Made by a program: the position numbers and the translations under genes
Notes under the pieces: generated by a model
The model's input: the letters and a program-made list of their open reading frames with translations, nothing else
Told to the model about the DNA's origin: nothing
Database searches by the model: none
Source of the DNA: Candidatus Latescibacterota bacterium
Lineage (GTDB): Bacteria; Latescibacterota; UBA2968; GCA-2709665
Length of the DNA: 64,000 nt
Direction of reading: 5' to 3'
NCBI GenBank assembly: GCA_963667175.2
Contig: CAXXXF010000014.1
Location: 1-64,000, forward strand
In this document: positions 20,086-30,248 of the stretch, piece by piece
Position numbering within the stretch: position 1 is the first letter of the stretch
Layout of the letters: the number at the start of each line of letters is the position of its first letter

Positions 20086-20922
20086 TTGTCCTGGCTGATA
20101 TTCGCAATTCTGCTCGATTTCGGATTTGTCCAGATTTGCAAGTTCTCTCAGCGCAGGGGCTATTACGCGCCCGTCGTCGTATCTACGAATTACCTGGTGC
20201 TCTGTGCGGTCCTTTCCGCCTATCTTCTGACCACCGGCCGGTTCGCCTTTTCGGCGGCGGCGTTACAGACCGGTCTGATTACGGGCGCCGTATTCATCAG
20301 TTCGATGTCGTTGATGATGCGCGTCCTGGAAATCGCGTCCGTCGGAGCCGTGCTGACGGCCTTCCGCATCTCCATTGCCGTGCCCGTTGCCCTGGGAATC
20401 TGGCTCTGGCGGGAGCCGGTCGTACCATCGCAGTTCGGAGGAATCGCCCTGGCCTTTCCCGCATTGATGATGATGACTTCGGGCGCGGGGGGAAGCGCCC
20501 GCGAGAGGGGAGGCAAGACGTTCGGACTGTTGTTCGCGGTTTTCCTTCTGCAGGGTTTGAGCCACTCCTGCCTTCGGTCGGTCCACTATGCCGGCCTGGA
20601 CGGGGAATTCCTTCAGATCCTGACCGTGATGGGCGCCACCGCGGGTACCATCGGCTATATCTTCATTGCCGGAAGGATGCGGCGCCCCAGGCGGCCCGAA
20701 TTCGCGACGGGGATCGGTCTGGGCGCCTACAACGCCCTTGCGCTTTCCGTCATCATGGTTGCCCTCAGCCGGCTGCCCGGGACTTTGTTTTTTCCGGCCA
20801 CGGGATGCACCGTGATCCTGCTGGACAACCTGTCCGCCCATTTCCTTTGGAAGGAACGTCTCAACCGGGTCGCCGCGGCCGGGGTGGCGCTGGCCGTTCT
20901 CGCCGTCGCGCTGGTGCTGTAA
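20086..20922 (+). CDS. DMT/EamA-family transporter
   Basis: About 10 hydrophobic segments in two repeats ending WLWREP and FLWKERL; start approximate (TTG 20086). Confidence 0.75.
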   Translation: MSWLIFAILLDFGFVQICKFSQRRGYYAPVVVSTNYLVLCAVLSAYLLTTGRFAFSAAALQTGLITGAVFISSMSLMMRVLEIASVGAVLTAFRISIAVPVALGIWLWREPVVPSQFGGIALAFPALMMMTSGAGGSARERGGKTFGLLFAVFLLQGLSHSCLRSVHYAGLDGEFLQILTVMGATAGTIGYIFIAGRMRRPRRPEFATGIGLGAYNALALSVIMVALSRLPGTLFFPATGCTVILLDNLSAHFLWKERLNRVAAAGVALAVLAVALVL

Positions 20923-20984
20923 GCCGGCTCTCCGTACCCTTCCGCAAACGCTGCGGCGCCGCCGGGATTGCAGAGGGCCCGGCC

Positions 20985-21698
20985 TCAGCAGCATCCCTTG
21001 ACTTCCGCTCCGCCGTCCCGGTTGCAGCGGATGAATTCGTAGAAGAGCGCGCCGGCAAGCGCGCCCAGAACGGGTCCGGCGGCATACGCCGAGTAGTGCA
21101 GCCAGTTGCCGGAAACCAGGGCCGGACCCAGGCTGCGGGCGGGATTCATGGACGCGCCGCAAATGGGGCCGGCGAACATGGCTTCGAACCAGATCGTGCC
21201 GCCGATGGCGAGGCCGGCGGCCTGGCCCGTGGCGCGGTAATCCGTGGCAACCGCCATAATCACTACCATCAGCAGGAAGGCGAGCAGGAATTCCCAGACG
21301 AAGGCCGTGGTCCAGGCGCCGTCCAGAGGCTGGGTGACGCCCATATCGAGCTCCTGTCCGGGAAGCCTGGCATTCAGAACCGGAGACAGGGTGACGGCGT
21401 GGATGCTGCTGGCGAGGACGGCGCCGAGGCATTGGGCGCCGATGTACGGGAGGATCTCCCGTCTGGGGAAGTGGCGCGTGAAGGAAAAGGCGATCGTCAC
21501 GGCGGGATTGAAGTGCGCGCCCGAGATGTGGCCGGTGGCGTAGACCATTGTCATCACGATGAGGCCGAACGCCGTGGCGGTGCCCACGTGTGTCACGGCG
21601 CCGCCGCTGATCTGGTTGGCGGCAATGGCGCCGCACCCGCCCAGCACGATGGAGAAGGCGCCGATGAATTCCGCACCGCATTTTCGCAACAGATTCAC
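20985..21698 (-). CDS. MIP-family channel (aquaporin/aquaglyceroporin)
   Basis: AEFIGAF, SGAHFNPAVT, GASMNPARS; GTG 21698 with ggagg RBS; ends in GCC. Confidence 0.92.
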   Translation of the reverse strand: MNLLRKCGAEFIGAFSIVLGGCGAIAANQISGGAVTHVGTATAFGLIVMTMVYATGHISGAHFNPAVTIAFSFTRHFPRREILPYIGAQCLGAVLASSIHAVTLSPVLNARLPGQELDMGVTQPLDGAWTTAFVWEFLLAFLLMVVIMAVATDYRATGQAAGLAIGGTIWFEAMFAGPICGASMNPARSLGPALVSGNWLHYSAYAAGPVLGALAGALFYEFIRCNRDGGAEVKGCC

Positions 21699-21803
21699 GT
21701 TGTCCGCCTCCGCGAGATTTGGCAAAATGTCGTTGTCCGGCCCCGCATGACAAGATATCGATTCCGAGGTCCGGCATCCAGAAGGAAAACCCGGGAGGCG
21801 ATC

Positions 21804-22538
21804 ATGGCCCTCCAGCGACTGCTGGTCTTCCAACATCTCGACGTTGAACATCCGGGGCTCTTTCGCGAGTTCTTCGCCGAGGACGGAGTCCGTTGGGACG
21901 CCGTGGAACTGGATGCGGGAGAACCTATCCCGGATCTGGACGCATACGACGCGCTATGGGCAATGGGCGGTCCGATGGACGTCTGGGAGGAGGAGACGTA
22001 CCCGTGGCTGGTGGAGGAGAAAGCCGCCATTCGGTGCGCGGTCCTTGAGAAGGAGATGCCCTTTGTGGGCATCTGCCTGGGGCACCAGTTGCTGGCCTCG
22101 GCACTGGGCGGGCACGTCGGTCCGAACGAGAGCCCGGAGGTCGGGGTGATGACCGTTTCCCTGACGGAATCCGGAAAAAGAAGCGGCTTCTTTACGGGTT
22201 TCCCCTCAACGCTTCCCTGCCTCCAGTGGCATAGCTCGGCGGTAAGGACCGTTCCAAATGAACTGGACGTCCTCGCGTCGTCCGAATTGTGCGCGGTACA
22301 GGCGATGTCTATGGGGAAACACGCGATTAGCGCCCAGTTTCACATTGAGATCACGGCGGAGACGGTCAGGGAATGGGACGCGGTGCCCGCGTATCACGAC
22401 GCCCTTCTGGATACACTGGGCGGGGATGCCATGCTCGATTTCGAAAGGGCCGTGACGGACCGTCTCGACGTCTTCAGGGAATACGCGAGGCGATTTTACG
22501 AAAACTGGAAGACAAGAGCCTTTGGTTTGAATCCATAG
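21804..22538 (+). CDS. Class I glutamine amidotransferase-like protein
   Basis: MGGPM, GICLGHQL, QWH, QFHIE; ggagg RBS. Confidence 0.9.
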   Translation: MALQRLLVFQHLDVEHPGLFREFFAEDGVRWDAVELDAGEPIPDLDAYDALWAMGGPMDVWEEETYPWLVEEKAAIRCAVLEKEMPFVGICLGHQLLASALGGHVGPNESPEVGVMTVSLTESGKRSGFFTGFPSTLPCLQWHSSAVRTVPNELDVLASSELCAVQAMSMGKHAISAQFHIEITAETVREWDAVPAYHDALLDTLGGDAMLDFERAVTDRLDVFREYARRFYENWKTRAFGLNP

Positions 22539-22745
22539 CAGTCCGTTGAAAAAGTCGCTCTGCAGGCGAGGCCGAGCCATTGTGGCCGAAGACAAGGCGC
22601 ACGACCGACGCGAATCCCTGGATTCGGGGAGGGAGCGCCTGCCTGCTGCAGGCAGGCAACGCCGTAGTTCGGTCACAAGGGCCGGACGCCTGTCTGCGTG
22701 CGAACGCACAGGCAGGCAGCCCGGATGGACTTTTTCAATGGGCTG
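22539..22745. mobile_element. MITE (~207 bp) with 18-bp terminal inverted repeats
   Basis: cagtccgttgaaaaagtc vs gactttttcaatgggctg (16/18 inverted match); no credible ORF; internal palindromes at 22638-22656 and 22689-22716. Confidence 0.75.
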
Positions 22746-22843
22746 ATTGGGCATCCGACCGCTCTGCATACTGACCGGAGGTCGGGGTCCGGCGGCGGGC
22801 ATCGGGACGCACAGGAGAGGCCCTCCGAACCCTCGATTTCAGG

Positions 22844-24715
22844 CTACTGGATTTCCCAGCTGTAGAGGTGCGAGTTGCTGGTGAAATAGATGCGGCCGTC
22901 GAGGCAGTCCCCGCCGTTGCTGATTGACACCGGCGAAGGCGCGCACATTTCGATCGCGAACGTGCGACTGTCGATACGCCCGATGCCTTTTGCAAACAGA
23001 ACGTAAACGGTACCGTCCGGCGCCGTCACGAACACCCGCGGCCCCTGCTGGTGCGCTGTCAATCCGAACGTCCGTTCCGTGTCTTCCTGATGAAGCAACT
23101 CGCGGTTCCCGGGGTGGAAGACGAAAAAGCGGACCCGGTCGACGAAGCCGTACGCGAGACCGTCCCGCCCCGTGCACAGGTCCGTGTATTCCTGCGCCCC
23201 CGGGAAGAGGACGCCGCGCCATTCCAGCTTTCCCGTTTCCATATCCAGAACGTAGAGTTCCGCTTCGACCGCCTTTTGTTCGCCGCCCGTCCCCGGGCTG
23301 GTTGTCGTGCCCCCCAGAAGCTCTCGGCCGGGAAGCGCCGAGAGGCTTGCGGTTGAGTGATCGGGCAACAGGTCGGTGTGTTCCATCAGGGTCCCGATCC
23401 GCCTCTCGCAGTTCCAGAACAGCAGCCCGCCGCCCGTATAGCCGTAGCCAGGGGTTCCGGCGACCACCAGCGTCTTGCCGTCCGGATGGACGAGCAGCTT
23501 GTGCGGCCGGTGCATGGTCGGCGTACAGGTCCGGTGGAAGAAGGGGTTCGACGCGGGGTTCTCCTTTTCCGTCGTCACCCATGGCTTGAACGGGTCCCAT
23601 TCCAGGAGTGTACCGCTGCCGTACCCGCCCACGAAAAACCGGCCTCCCTGGCTGCCCACGGTATTCCACTGGCCGAAGCTCTCCCGCTCGATCCATGTGT
23701 CGGTTTCCGGACGATAGCTGAACGTACGCCTGGGAAAGAAGGTGCCCCCGCAGATGGTTCCATCGGGGGCCGCGGCAACGCCCATGATGTGCGCGCCTTC
23801 ACTCGTGTAGTCGAACGTCACGCCCGCCAGGCGATTGCCATCGGGATCTTCGACCGATATCACCCGATCGACCATACTGCAGTCCACGAGCCGGCTCCCG
23901 TCCGGGAAGTCCGGATGAAAATGACCGGAGTCGCCCGCGATATAGAACTTCTCGCGCCGTTCCCGCCTGGATACTTCCTTGCGTTCGCCGCGGTAGAGTT
24001 CGTACCATGTTTCCGCATCCGGGTTGTCCCCCGGCCAGGGGGTTCCCGTTGGCGGCAGGGCGTAGACTCTCCCGTTGAGGTCCCGGTAGACGGACGCACT
24101 GCCTCGGGAACGTTCGTGCTCCGCGAGCAGGGGCGCGGCCTTTTCGTTTTCCGGATCGAACGCGATAATCTGGCACAGGGTGGTCCCGATGCCGAAGTAG
24201 ACCCAGCCGGCGTCGTCGGCAGCGAGGGTGGTGGGATACTGGCGCCAGTTCTGCACGTAGAGGTGACCGTAGTCCCTGAATTCGCCGGATTCAGGATCGT
24301 ATGAGGCGAGCCCGCTCTGCGGATAGGTCGAAGACCAGATGATTCCCGTGTCGTCTTCGGTCAGTCCCATCGCCATGCGCGGAGCGGTCTCGCGGCAGAA
24401 CGTGTAGTCCATCGCATTGACGTCGAACTCCACGAACCAGCCGTTGAAGTGTGTGTAGAACCGGTTCCTGGACGAAAGGAGCGACGCGTAGGGGCAATCG
24501 TCACCGGGAGGAAAGGGTACGGGGAACTCCCGGCTCTCGCCCGTGGCGGCGTCGATGACGAGCAGCGCGTACCCGCCACGGTGGTCGAACAGCCAGACGA
24601 GGACGACGTTCCGGCCGTCGCCGCCCGCTGCCGCGACGATGCCTCGCGGGTGGCTGCTCTGCGTGGCGGGGCCGTGATGGCGAAAGTTTCCCGCGAGTGC
24701 CCGGGTTTTTCTCAT
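22844..24715 (-). CDS. Hypothetical beta-propeller-like protein
   Basis: aaggag RBS; repeated blade-like motifs (ASYDPESG, IAFDPEN, APDGTI, HPDGKT, APDGTVY); no signal peptide. Confidence 0.75.
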   Translation of the reverse strand: MRKTRALAGNFRHHGPATQSSHPRGIVAAAGGDGRNVVLVWLFDHRGGYALLVIDAATGESREFPVPFPPGDDCPYASLLSSRNRFYTHFNGWFVEFDVNAMDYTFCRETAPRMAMGLTEDDTGIIWSSTYPQSGLASYDPESGEFRDYGHLYVQNWRQYPTTLAADDAGWVYFGIGTTLCQIIAFDPENEKAAPLLAEHERSRGSASVYRDLNGRVYALPPTGTPWPGDNPDAETWYELYRGERKEVSRRERREKFYIAGDSGHFHPDFPDGSRLVDCSMVDRVISVEDPDGNRLAGVTFDYTSEGAHIMGVAAAPDGTICGGTFFPRRTFSYRPETDTWIERESFGQWNTVGSQGGRFFVGGYGSGTLLEWDPFKPWVTTEKENPASNPFFHRTCTPTMHRPHKLLVHPDGKTLVVAGTPGYGYTGGGLLFWNCERRIGTLMEHTDLLPDHSTASLSALPGRELLGGTTTSPGTGGEQKAVEAELYVLDMETGKLEWRGVLFPGAQEYTDLCTGRDGLAYGFVDRVRFFVFHPGNRELLHQEDTERTFGLTAHQQGPRVFVTAPDGTVYVLFAKGIGRIDSRTFAIEMCAPSPVSISNGGDCLDGRIYFTSNSHLYSWEIQ

Positions 24716-24906
24716 GTTTGAACTCCTTTGCCCTTCGTCGGTTGCGCAGGCGCTGTACGGTTGCCGGGACCGTGCCATGGGTCCGGGCCGGTATCATGCG
24801 CGCCGCGGGAACGAATGTCAATGAAAATGCGGACGTCAGATGCCCGAATCGTACGCATGGGCAAACCGGAGGCCGGTGTCACGATTAACGAAGGGGAGGT
24901 CTTCAG

Positions 24907-25695
24907 ATGGATATGGGATTGACGGACAAAGTGGCGATCGTCGGGGGCGCAAGCCGCGGACTGGGAATGGGATGCGCGATGGCGCTTGCACGGGAGGGGG
25001 CGCGGGTGGCCGTGTGCGCGAGAAACGAGAGAAGGCTGGAAGCAGCCGCCGCGGAGATCAGGGCTGCTACGGGTTCGGACGTGCTCACCGTTGCCGGCGA
25101 CCTCTCAACTGAGGGTACCGTGGATCGACTGACTCGGGAGACGGTTGACGCGTTTGGCGGAATCGACATTCTCGTGAACAACTCCGGGGGCCCGCCCGCC
25201 GTCCCGTTCGCGCAGGTGACGGAAGAGATGTGGGGTGAATACACGGATTTGATCCTGAACTACGTACTCCGGATGTGCAGGCGCGCCATTCCGCTGATGA
25301 AGGCGCGGGGTGGCGGGAGGATCATCAACCTCTGCGCATTTGCGGTCAGGCAACCGGCGGGTAACACGGTTTCGAACGTGTTGCGGACCGCGGTTGCGGG
25401 CGCGGCGAAGACCCTTGCGAACGAACACGCGCGCGACGGGATTCTGGTGAACAACGTGTGTACCGGGTTTATCGACACCGAGTTATTGCGGGAGGAGTTC
25501 GAAGAAACCGCCCGGGCAGAGGGCATCTCCGTTCAGGATGCCATGCGCCCGCTCGCCGACGAAATCCCGCTTGGCCGCCTGGGGACCGTGCAGGAGCTGT
25601 CCGACTACGTTGTCTTTCTGGCGTCGGAGCGGTCGAGCTACATTACGGGCACGTCACTGCAGGTGGACGGGGGTTTTGTCAGGTCGCTCCTGTAG
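24907..25695 (+). CDS. SDR-family oxidoreductase
   Basis: [26 protein letters not shown]. Confidence 0.92.
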   Translation: MDMGLTDKVAIVGGASRGLGMGCAMALAREGARVAVCARNERRLEAAAAEIRAATGSDVLTVAGDLSTEGTVDRLTRETVDAFGGIDILVNNSGGPPAVPFAQVTEEMWGEYTDLILNYVLRMCRRAIPLMKARGGGRIINLCAFAVRQPAGNTVSNVLRTAVAGAAKTLANEHARDGILVNNVCTGFIDTELLREEFEETARAEGISVQDAMRPLADEIPLGRLGTVQELSDYVVFLASERSSYITGTSLQVDGGFVRSLL

Positions 25696-25776
25696 CGGGG
25701 TCCCCCGTGCACATTCCAGCCCGTTAACGGATTCCTAAGGAAACGCCGTCAGAAACCTGGACGCGGGAATCCCGTT

Positions 25777-28700
25777 TCAGTCATCCGCGGGACGCGGCGC
25801 GGCTTCCGGCTCGGGGGCCGGCCGACGGCGGAACAGCCCGGCGACGCCGTGCCTGATGTCTTCCAGGATGGCATAGGTGACCGGAACGAGAATCAGGATG
25901 ACCGCCGTACCGAAAATGACGCCGAAGCCCAGCGAGGTCGCCATCGGGATGAGCAACTGCGCCTGCAGGCTCTTCTCGAACAGCAGCGGGGTCAGACCCG
26001 CGAACGTGGTGAGCGACGTGAGCAGGATGGGGCGGAACCGCGCCATCCCCGACTGTCGGATGGCATCCTGCAGGTCGTTGCCCTCCTTGCGCCGGCGGTT
26101 GATGAAGTCCACCATCACCAGGCTGTCGTTGATGACCACGCCCGAAAGCGCGACCAGGCCGAAGATCGACAGAATCGTGAGGTCGAGGCCCATGATGATG
26201 TGCCCGATCACGGCGCCGACGAATCCGAAGGGGATCACGGCCATGATGATGAGCGGCTGAAGGTAGGAGCGGAAGGGAATCGCGAGCAGGCCGAAGATGA
26301 CGAACAGGGCCATGCCGAAACTCCTCGTAAGACCCGCCATGGACTCCTGCTGCTCCCTCTGTTCGCCTTCCAGACTGAACCGGACGCGGGGGTGGTCCGC
26401 GACGATTGCCGGCAGCACCCTTGCGGTGACGTCCGCCAGGACCACGTTGGCGTTGGTCGTGCCCTCGTCGACGTCCGCGGTGACGCTGACGATGCGCTGC
26501 CGGTCCGTGCGGCGGATGGCGGCGTAGCCCCGCCCCAGTTCCGTCCGCGCGGCGACGGAAAAGGGCACTTCGACGCCTTCCGGGGTGCGTAAACGCATGC
26601 TCTCCAGGTTGTTCATCGACCGCCGCTCGCTCTCGGGATAGCGGACCATCACCCGAACGTCGTCCCTGCCCCGCTGGATGCGCTGCGCCTCCTCGCCGTA
26701 GAACGCCTGTCGGACCTGCCGGGCCATGTCCGCCATGGTCAGGCCAAGCAGGCGGGCCTCTTCGGTGAGGGCAAGTTTCACTTCCTTTTTTCCAGGGCGA
26801 AACGAATCGGCGATGTCCAGCACACCCGGATACTCGGCCAGCCTCATTTTGAGTTTCTCGGCAGCAGCCCGTAGTTCGCCGTAGTCCGGCCCGGTAAGCT
26901 GGATATTGATGGGTTCGCCCACGGAAAAGAGAGAAGAGGTGAACGTCAGTTCCGTCGCGTCGGGTATGGGGCCGGCGAGTTTGCGCCATCGCCGGGCGAT
27001 CTCGATGCTGCTGATGCTCCGCTCCTCGGCCGGCGTGAGTTCGATGTTGACTTCACCGAGGTGGGCGCCGGAGTAGGAGGCGTTCCGTCCGCGGTTGTCA
27101 CGCTGGGCCGCGCGGAGAGGCTGGTCTCCGACCAGCGCGAGCATGTGCGTGAAGATCTTCTCGTCGGTTTCCGATTCGAGCTCCCGCTGCAGCCGGATCG
27201 CGGACGACTCCAGCCTGCGCACGACCCGCGCGGTCGCCTCGGCGGGCGTACCCTGAGGCATGGTCAGAATCGCCGCCACGTTGTCGGCCGGTACCTGCGG
27301 CAGAAACACGAAGCCGATCCAGCCCCCGAGAATGAGGCCGGCCGTCAGGGTCAGCGCGGCCACCCCCACGGACGCGCTCAGATATCGCCACTCCAGGCAT
27401 CGTTCGAGAAACGGCCGGTAGACCTCGTGGATGATCCAGTCCAGGCGGGACGAAAAGCCGTCTCGAAACCGTCTCAGGGTCCCGCCGATCCGGCTGGTTG
27501 TCTTTTTTCTTTCGCGGAGCCTGGCATGCGCCAGGTGGGCCGGCAGGATGAACAGGGATTCGACGAGCGAAAAGATCAGAGTGAGGATGACGATTTCCGG
27601 GATCAGCCTCATGATCTTCCCGGACGTGCCTGGAACCATCAGCAGGGGCGAAAACGCGGCGATGGACGTCAGCACCGCGAAGGTGACCGGCACGGCCACT
27701 TCCTGGGCGCCGGCGATGGCGCCCCGAAGGCCCCGCTCGCCCTGCTGGAACCGCCGGTAGATGTTTTCGCCGACGACAATGGCGTCGTCGACGACGATAC
27801 CGAGTACGACGATGAACGCAAACAGCGAGATCAGGTTGATGGATGCCCCGACGGTCGGCATCAACGCGATGGCGCCCAGGAAGGAGATCGGGATTCCGAG
27901 GGCGATCCAGAAGGCCAGGCGAAGTCTCAGGAACAGCGCAAGGATGACGAGGACGAGGATGAATCCCCCACGGCCGTTCTTCAGCATCAGGTTCAGCCGC
28001 CCCTCGAGGATCCTGGAGAAATCCGCGTAAATGGTCAGTGAAATGCCCTCGGGCATGCGGGATTCCGCCGATTTGATGTATTCCTTGACTTTGCGGGAGA
28101 TTTCGAGTGCGTCCTGGTCGCCCACCCGGAAGACCTGAACCATCACGCCCGGTTCCAGGTCGAACCGTCCCGATATGTCCGCGTCGGCGAATCCGTCCAC
28201 GACCGTTGCCACGTCCCCCACGGTGAGTGCGGCGCCGTCGGGCCGGGTACGCAGCACGATATTCTCGAAGGCCGTGCCCCGGTAGGCCTGCCCTTTCGTC
28301 CGCAGCAGGATTTCGCCGCCTTCCGTCTTGATGGCGCCGCCCGGCAGATCCAGCGAGGAGCGGCGCACCGCCCTCACGACTTCGTCGAACGTCAGGTTGA
28401 ATCGCCGCAACGCGGCTTCAGAGACTTCGATGGAGACCTCGTAGGGACGCGCGCCGCTCAGTTCCGCCTGGGTGATTCCCGGAATGGCGGTAATCTCGTC
28501 CCGAACCTGTTCGCCCAGGTATTTGAGGGTGGCCTCGTCGGCGTTGCCCGAGACGGCCACGTTGACCACCTGGCGACGCAGGACCACTTCCTGGATGAGG
28601 GGCTGTTCGGTCTCGTCAGGGAAGGTGTCGATGGCGTCGACGGCGGACTTGACGTCCTCGAGGACTCTTCGTGCATCGGCGCCGGGTATAAGCTCGATAT

Positions 28701-28977
28701 TCACGCTGCCCCGGTTTTCGGAGGCCGTCGAACGGATGCGTTCGATGCCTTCGATGCTCTGAACGGCTTCCTCGATCCGCACGCAGACGCCCTCTTCCAC
28801 CTCTTCGGGCGCCGCCCCGCGATAGACAACGGACACCGTTACGACGTCCGCCGAAAACTCGGGAAAGATCTCAAGTTCGATTCCGCCGATCGTGATCAGG
28901 CCGCTGGCCAGGATAACGACCATGAGCAAATTGGCCGCGACGCTGTTTTCGGCGAACCAGGCGATTGCGCGATTCAT
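25777..28977 (-). CDS. RND efflux permease (AcrB family)
   Basis: 1066 aa, GIVVDDAIVVGEN, RFRPILLTSLTT. Confidence 0.95.
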   Translation of the reverse strand: MNRAIAWFAENSVAANLLMVVILASGLITIGGIELEIFPEFSADVVTVSVVYRGAAPEEVEEGVCVRIEEAVQSIEGIERIRSTASENRGSVNIELIPGADARRVLEDVKSAVDAIDTFPDETEQPLIQEVVLRRQVVNVAVSGNADEATLKYLGEQVRDEITAIPGITQAELSGARPYEVSIEVSEAALRRFNLTFDEVVRAVRRSSLDLPGGAIKTEGGEILLRTKGQAYRGTAFENIVLRTRPDGAALTVGDVATVVDGFADADISGRFDLEPGVMVQVFRVGDQDALEISRKVKEYIKSAESRMPEGISLTIYADFSRILEGRLNLMLKNGRGGFILVLVILALFLRLRLAFWIALGIPISFLGAIALMPTVGASINLISLFAFIVVLGIVVDDAIVVGENIYRRFQQGERGLRGAIAGAQEVAVPVTFAVLTSIAAFSPLLMVPGTSGKIMRLIPEIVILTLIFSLVESLFILPAHLAHARLRERKKTTSRIGGTLRRFRDGFSSRLDWIIHEVYRPFLERCLEWRYLSASVGVAALTLTAGLILGGWIGFVFLPQVPADNVAAILTMPQGTPAEATARVVRRLESSAIRLQRELESETDEKIFTHMLALVGDQPLRAAQRDNRGRNASYSGAHLGEVNIELTPAEERSISSIEIARRWRKLAGPIPDATELTFTSSLFSVGEPINIQLTGPDYGELRAAAEKLKMRLAEYPGVLDIADSFRPGKKEVKLALTEEARLLGLTMADMARQVRQAFYGEEAQRIQRGRDDVRVMVRYPESERRSMNNLESMRLRTPEGVEVPFSVAARTELGRGYAAIRRTDRQRIVSVTADVDEGTTNANVVLADVTARVLPAIVADHPRVRFSLEGEQREQQESMAGLTRSFGMALFVIFGLLAIPFRSYLQPLIIMAVIPFGFVGAVIGHIIMGLDLTILSIFGLVALSGVVINDSLVMVDFINRRRKEGNDLQDAIRQSGMARFRPILLTSLTTFAGLTPLLFEKSLQAQLLIPMATSLGFGVIFGTAVILILVPVTYAILEDIRHGVAGLFRRRPAPEPEAAPRPADD

Positions 28978-30245
28978 CCGGCGCCTCCTTCAGACCGGGT
29001 CGCGGCCTCGTTCTCCGGGGCGAGGATGCGCACCTGCATGCCCTCCACAACCGCATCCAGCGTGGAGATGCAGACCCGTTCCCCTCCGGCGACGCCGGAC
29101 CGGATGAGGGCGTTCTCCGCTTCGAGCCTCAACAGATCGACCTGACGAAAACGCAGACGTTCGTCGTCGTCGATCACAAGTACCTGGTTGGCGCCCCTCA
29201 GGGCCGTGCGGGGAATCACCGCGATATCCCTGGCGACGCGTCCGAGGATTTCCACCTCGACAAACAACCCGGCGAACAGGGGAGCCCGGCTCTTGTCATC
29301 GCCCCGGTCGTATGGCGCGTCGACCCGCGCGACCAGATTGACCATGCGCGTGCGGGCGTCAATCTCCCCTTCGATGCGGACGATTTCGCCGCTCCATGTG
29401 TGCGGCGCCCCGGCGAAATCCGCATGAACCCGGGCTTTCGGGCGGGAGGCCGGCGCGAGTTCGCTGCGAGCGTTGTAGACCAGGTCCAGATAGGCGAGTT
29501 GCTCGTGCGGCACCGGCAGGCGGATCTCGGCGTAGTCCACGGCGTAAATGCGGGCGACGGGCGCGCCGGGATTGACGTACTGCCCCAGGTCCACGATCTT
29601 GGACAGCACCCGGCCTTCGTAGGGCGCCCGGATGCGGGTCCGCTCCAGGGCGAGCCGGGCTTGCTCCTGCGATGCCCGCGCGGCCTGGAGGGCGGCCCGG
29701 GCATCGGCCAACTGCGGTTTCCGAAGGGCCAGGTCGGTGGCTTCGCCGTGGCCCAGGCGCTGCCATTCCTGCCTGGCGAGGTCGGCTTCTTCCTCCTCCC
29801 GCGCCAAACGTACCTCGGCCTGGGCGACCACGGCCCGGGCGCGGTCCACCGCGAGTTCGTAGTCGCGCGGATCGACGGCGAGCAGAACGTCGCCGGCTCT
29901 GAAGAAACCGCCGTTGGCGAACGCGGGAGAGACCGAGATGATCTGGCCGGCAACCTGCGACACAAGGCTGGTCTTGGTACGCGGCGCGACCGTGCCCTGG
30001 GCTTGCAATGCGAGCTGTACGTCCTGGATTTCGACGGACATTGCCCTGACGAGAGGGGGCGGTGTTTCCGGTGGCGCCACCACGACGTCGGACCGTGTGA
30101 CGATCAGGACGAACGCGCAAAGACCTCCGAACGCAATCACCGCCGGCGGGAGCAGCGCCTTCGGATGCCGTCGAATCCAGCGCCAGAACCGTGCGAAGAG
30201 ACGCGGCTTGTCCGGATGCCTGCTTTGCAAGGGCTTGATGCTCAT
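28974..30245 (-). CDS. RND periplasmic adaptor (MFP)
   Basis: N-terminal TM, LERTRIRAPYEG, VDLGQYV; overlaps the RND start by 4 nt. Confidence 0.93.
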   Translation of the reverse strand: MSIKPLQSRHPDKPRLFARFWRWIRRHPKALLPPAVIAFGGLCAFVLIVTRSDVVVAPPETPPPLVRAMSVEIQDVQLALQAQGTVAPRTKTSLVSQVAGQIISVSPAFANGGFFRAGDVLLAVDPRDYELAVDRARAVVAQAEVRLAREEEEADLARQEWQRLGHGEATDLALRKPQLADARAALQAARASQEQARLALERTRIRAPYEGRVLSKIVDLGQYVNPGAPVARIYAVDYAEIRLPVPHEQLAYLDLVYNARSELAPASRPKARVHADFAGAPHTWSGEIVRIEGEIDARTRMVNLVARVDAPYDRGDDKSRAPLFAGLFVEVEILGRVARDIAVIPRTALRGANQVLVIDDDERLRFRQVDLLRLEAENALIRSGVAGGERVCISTLDAVVEGMQVRILAPENEAATRSEGGAG

Positions 30246-30248
30246 GTT

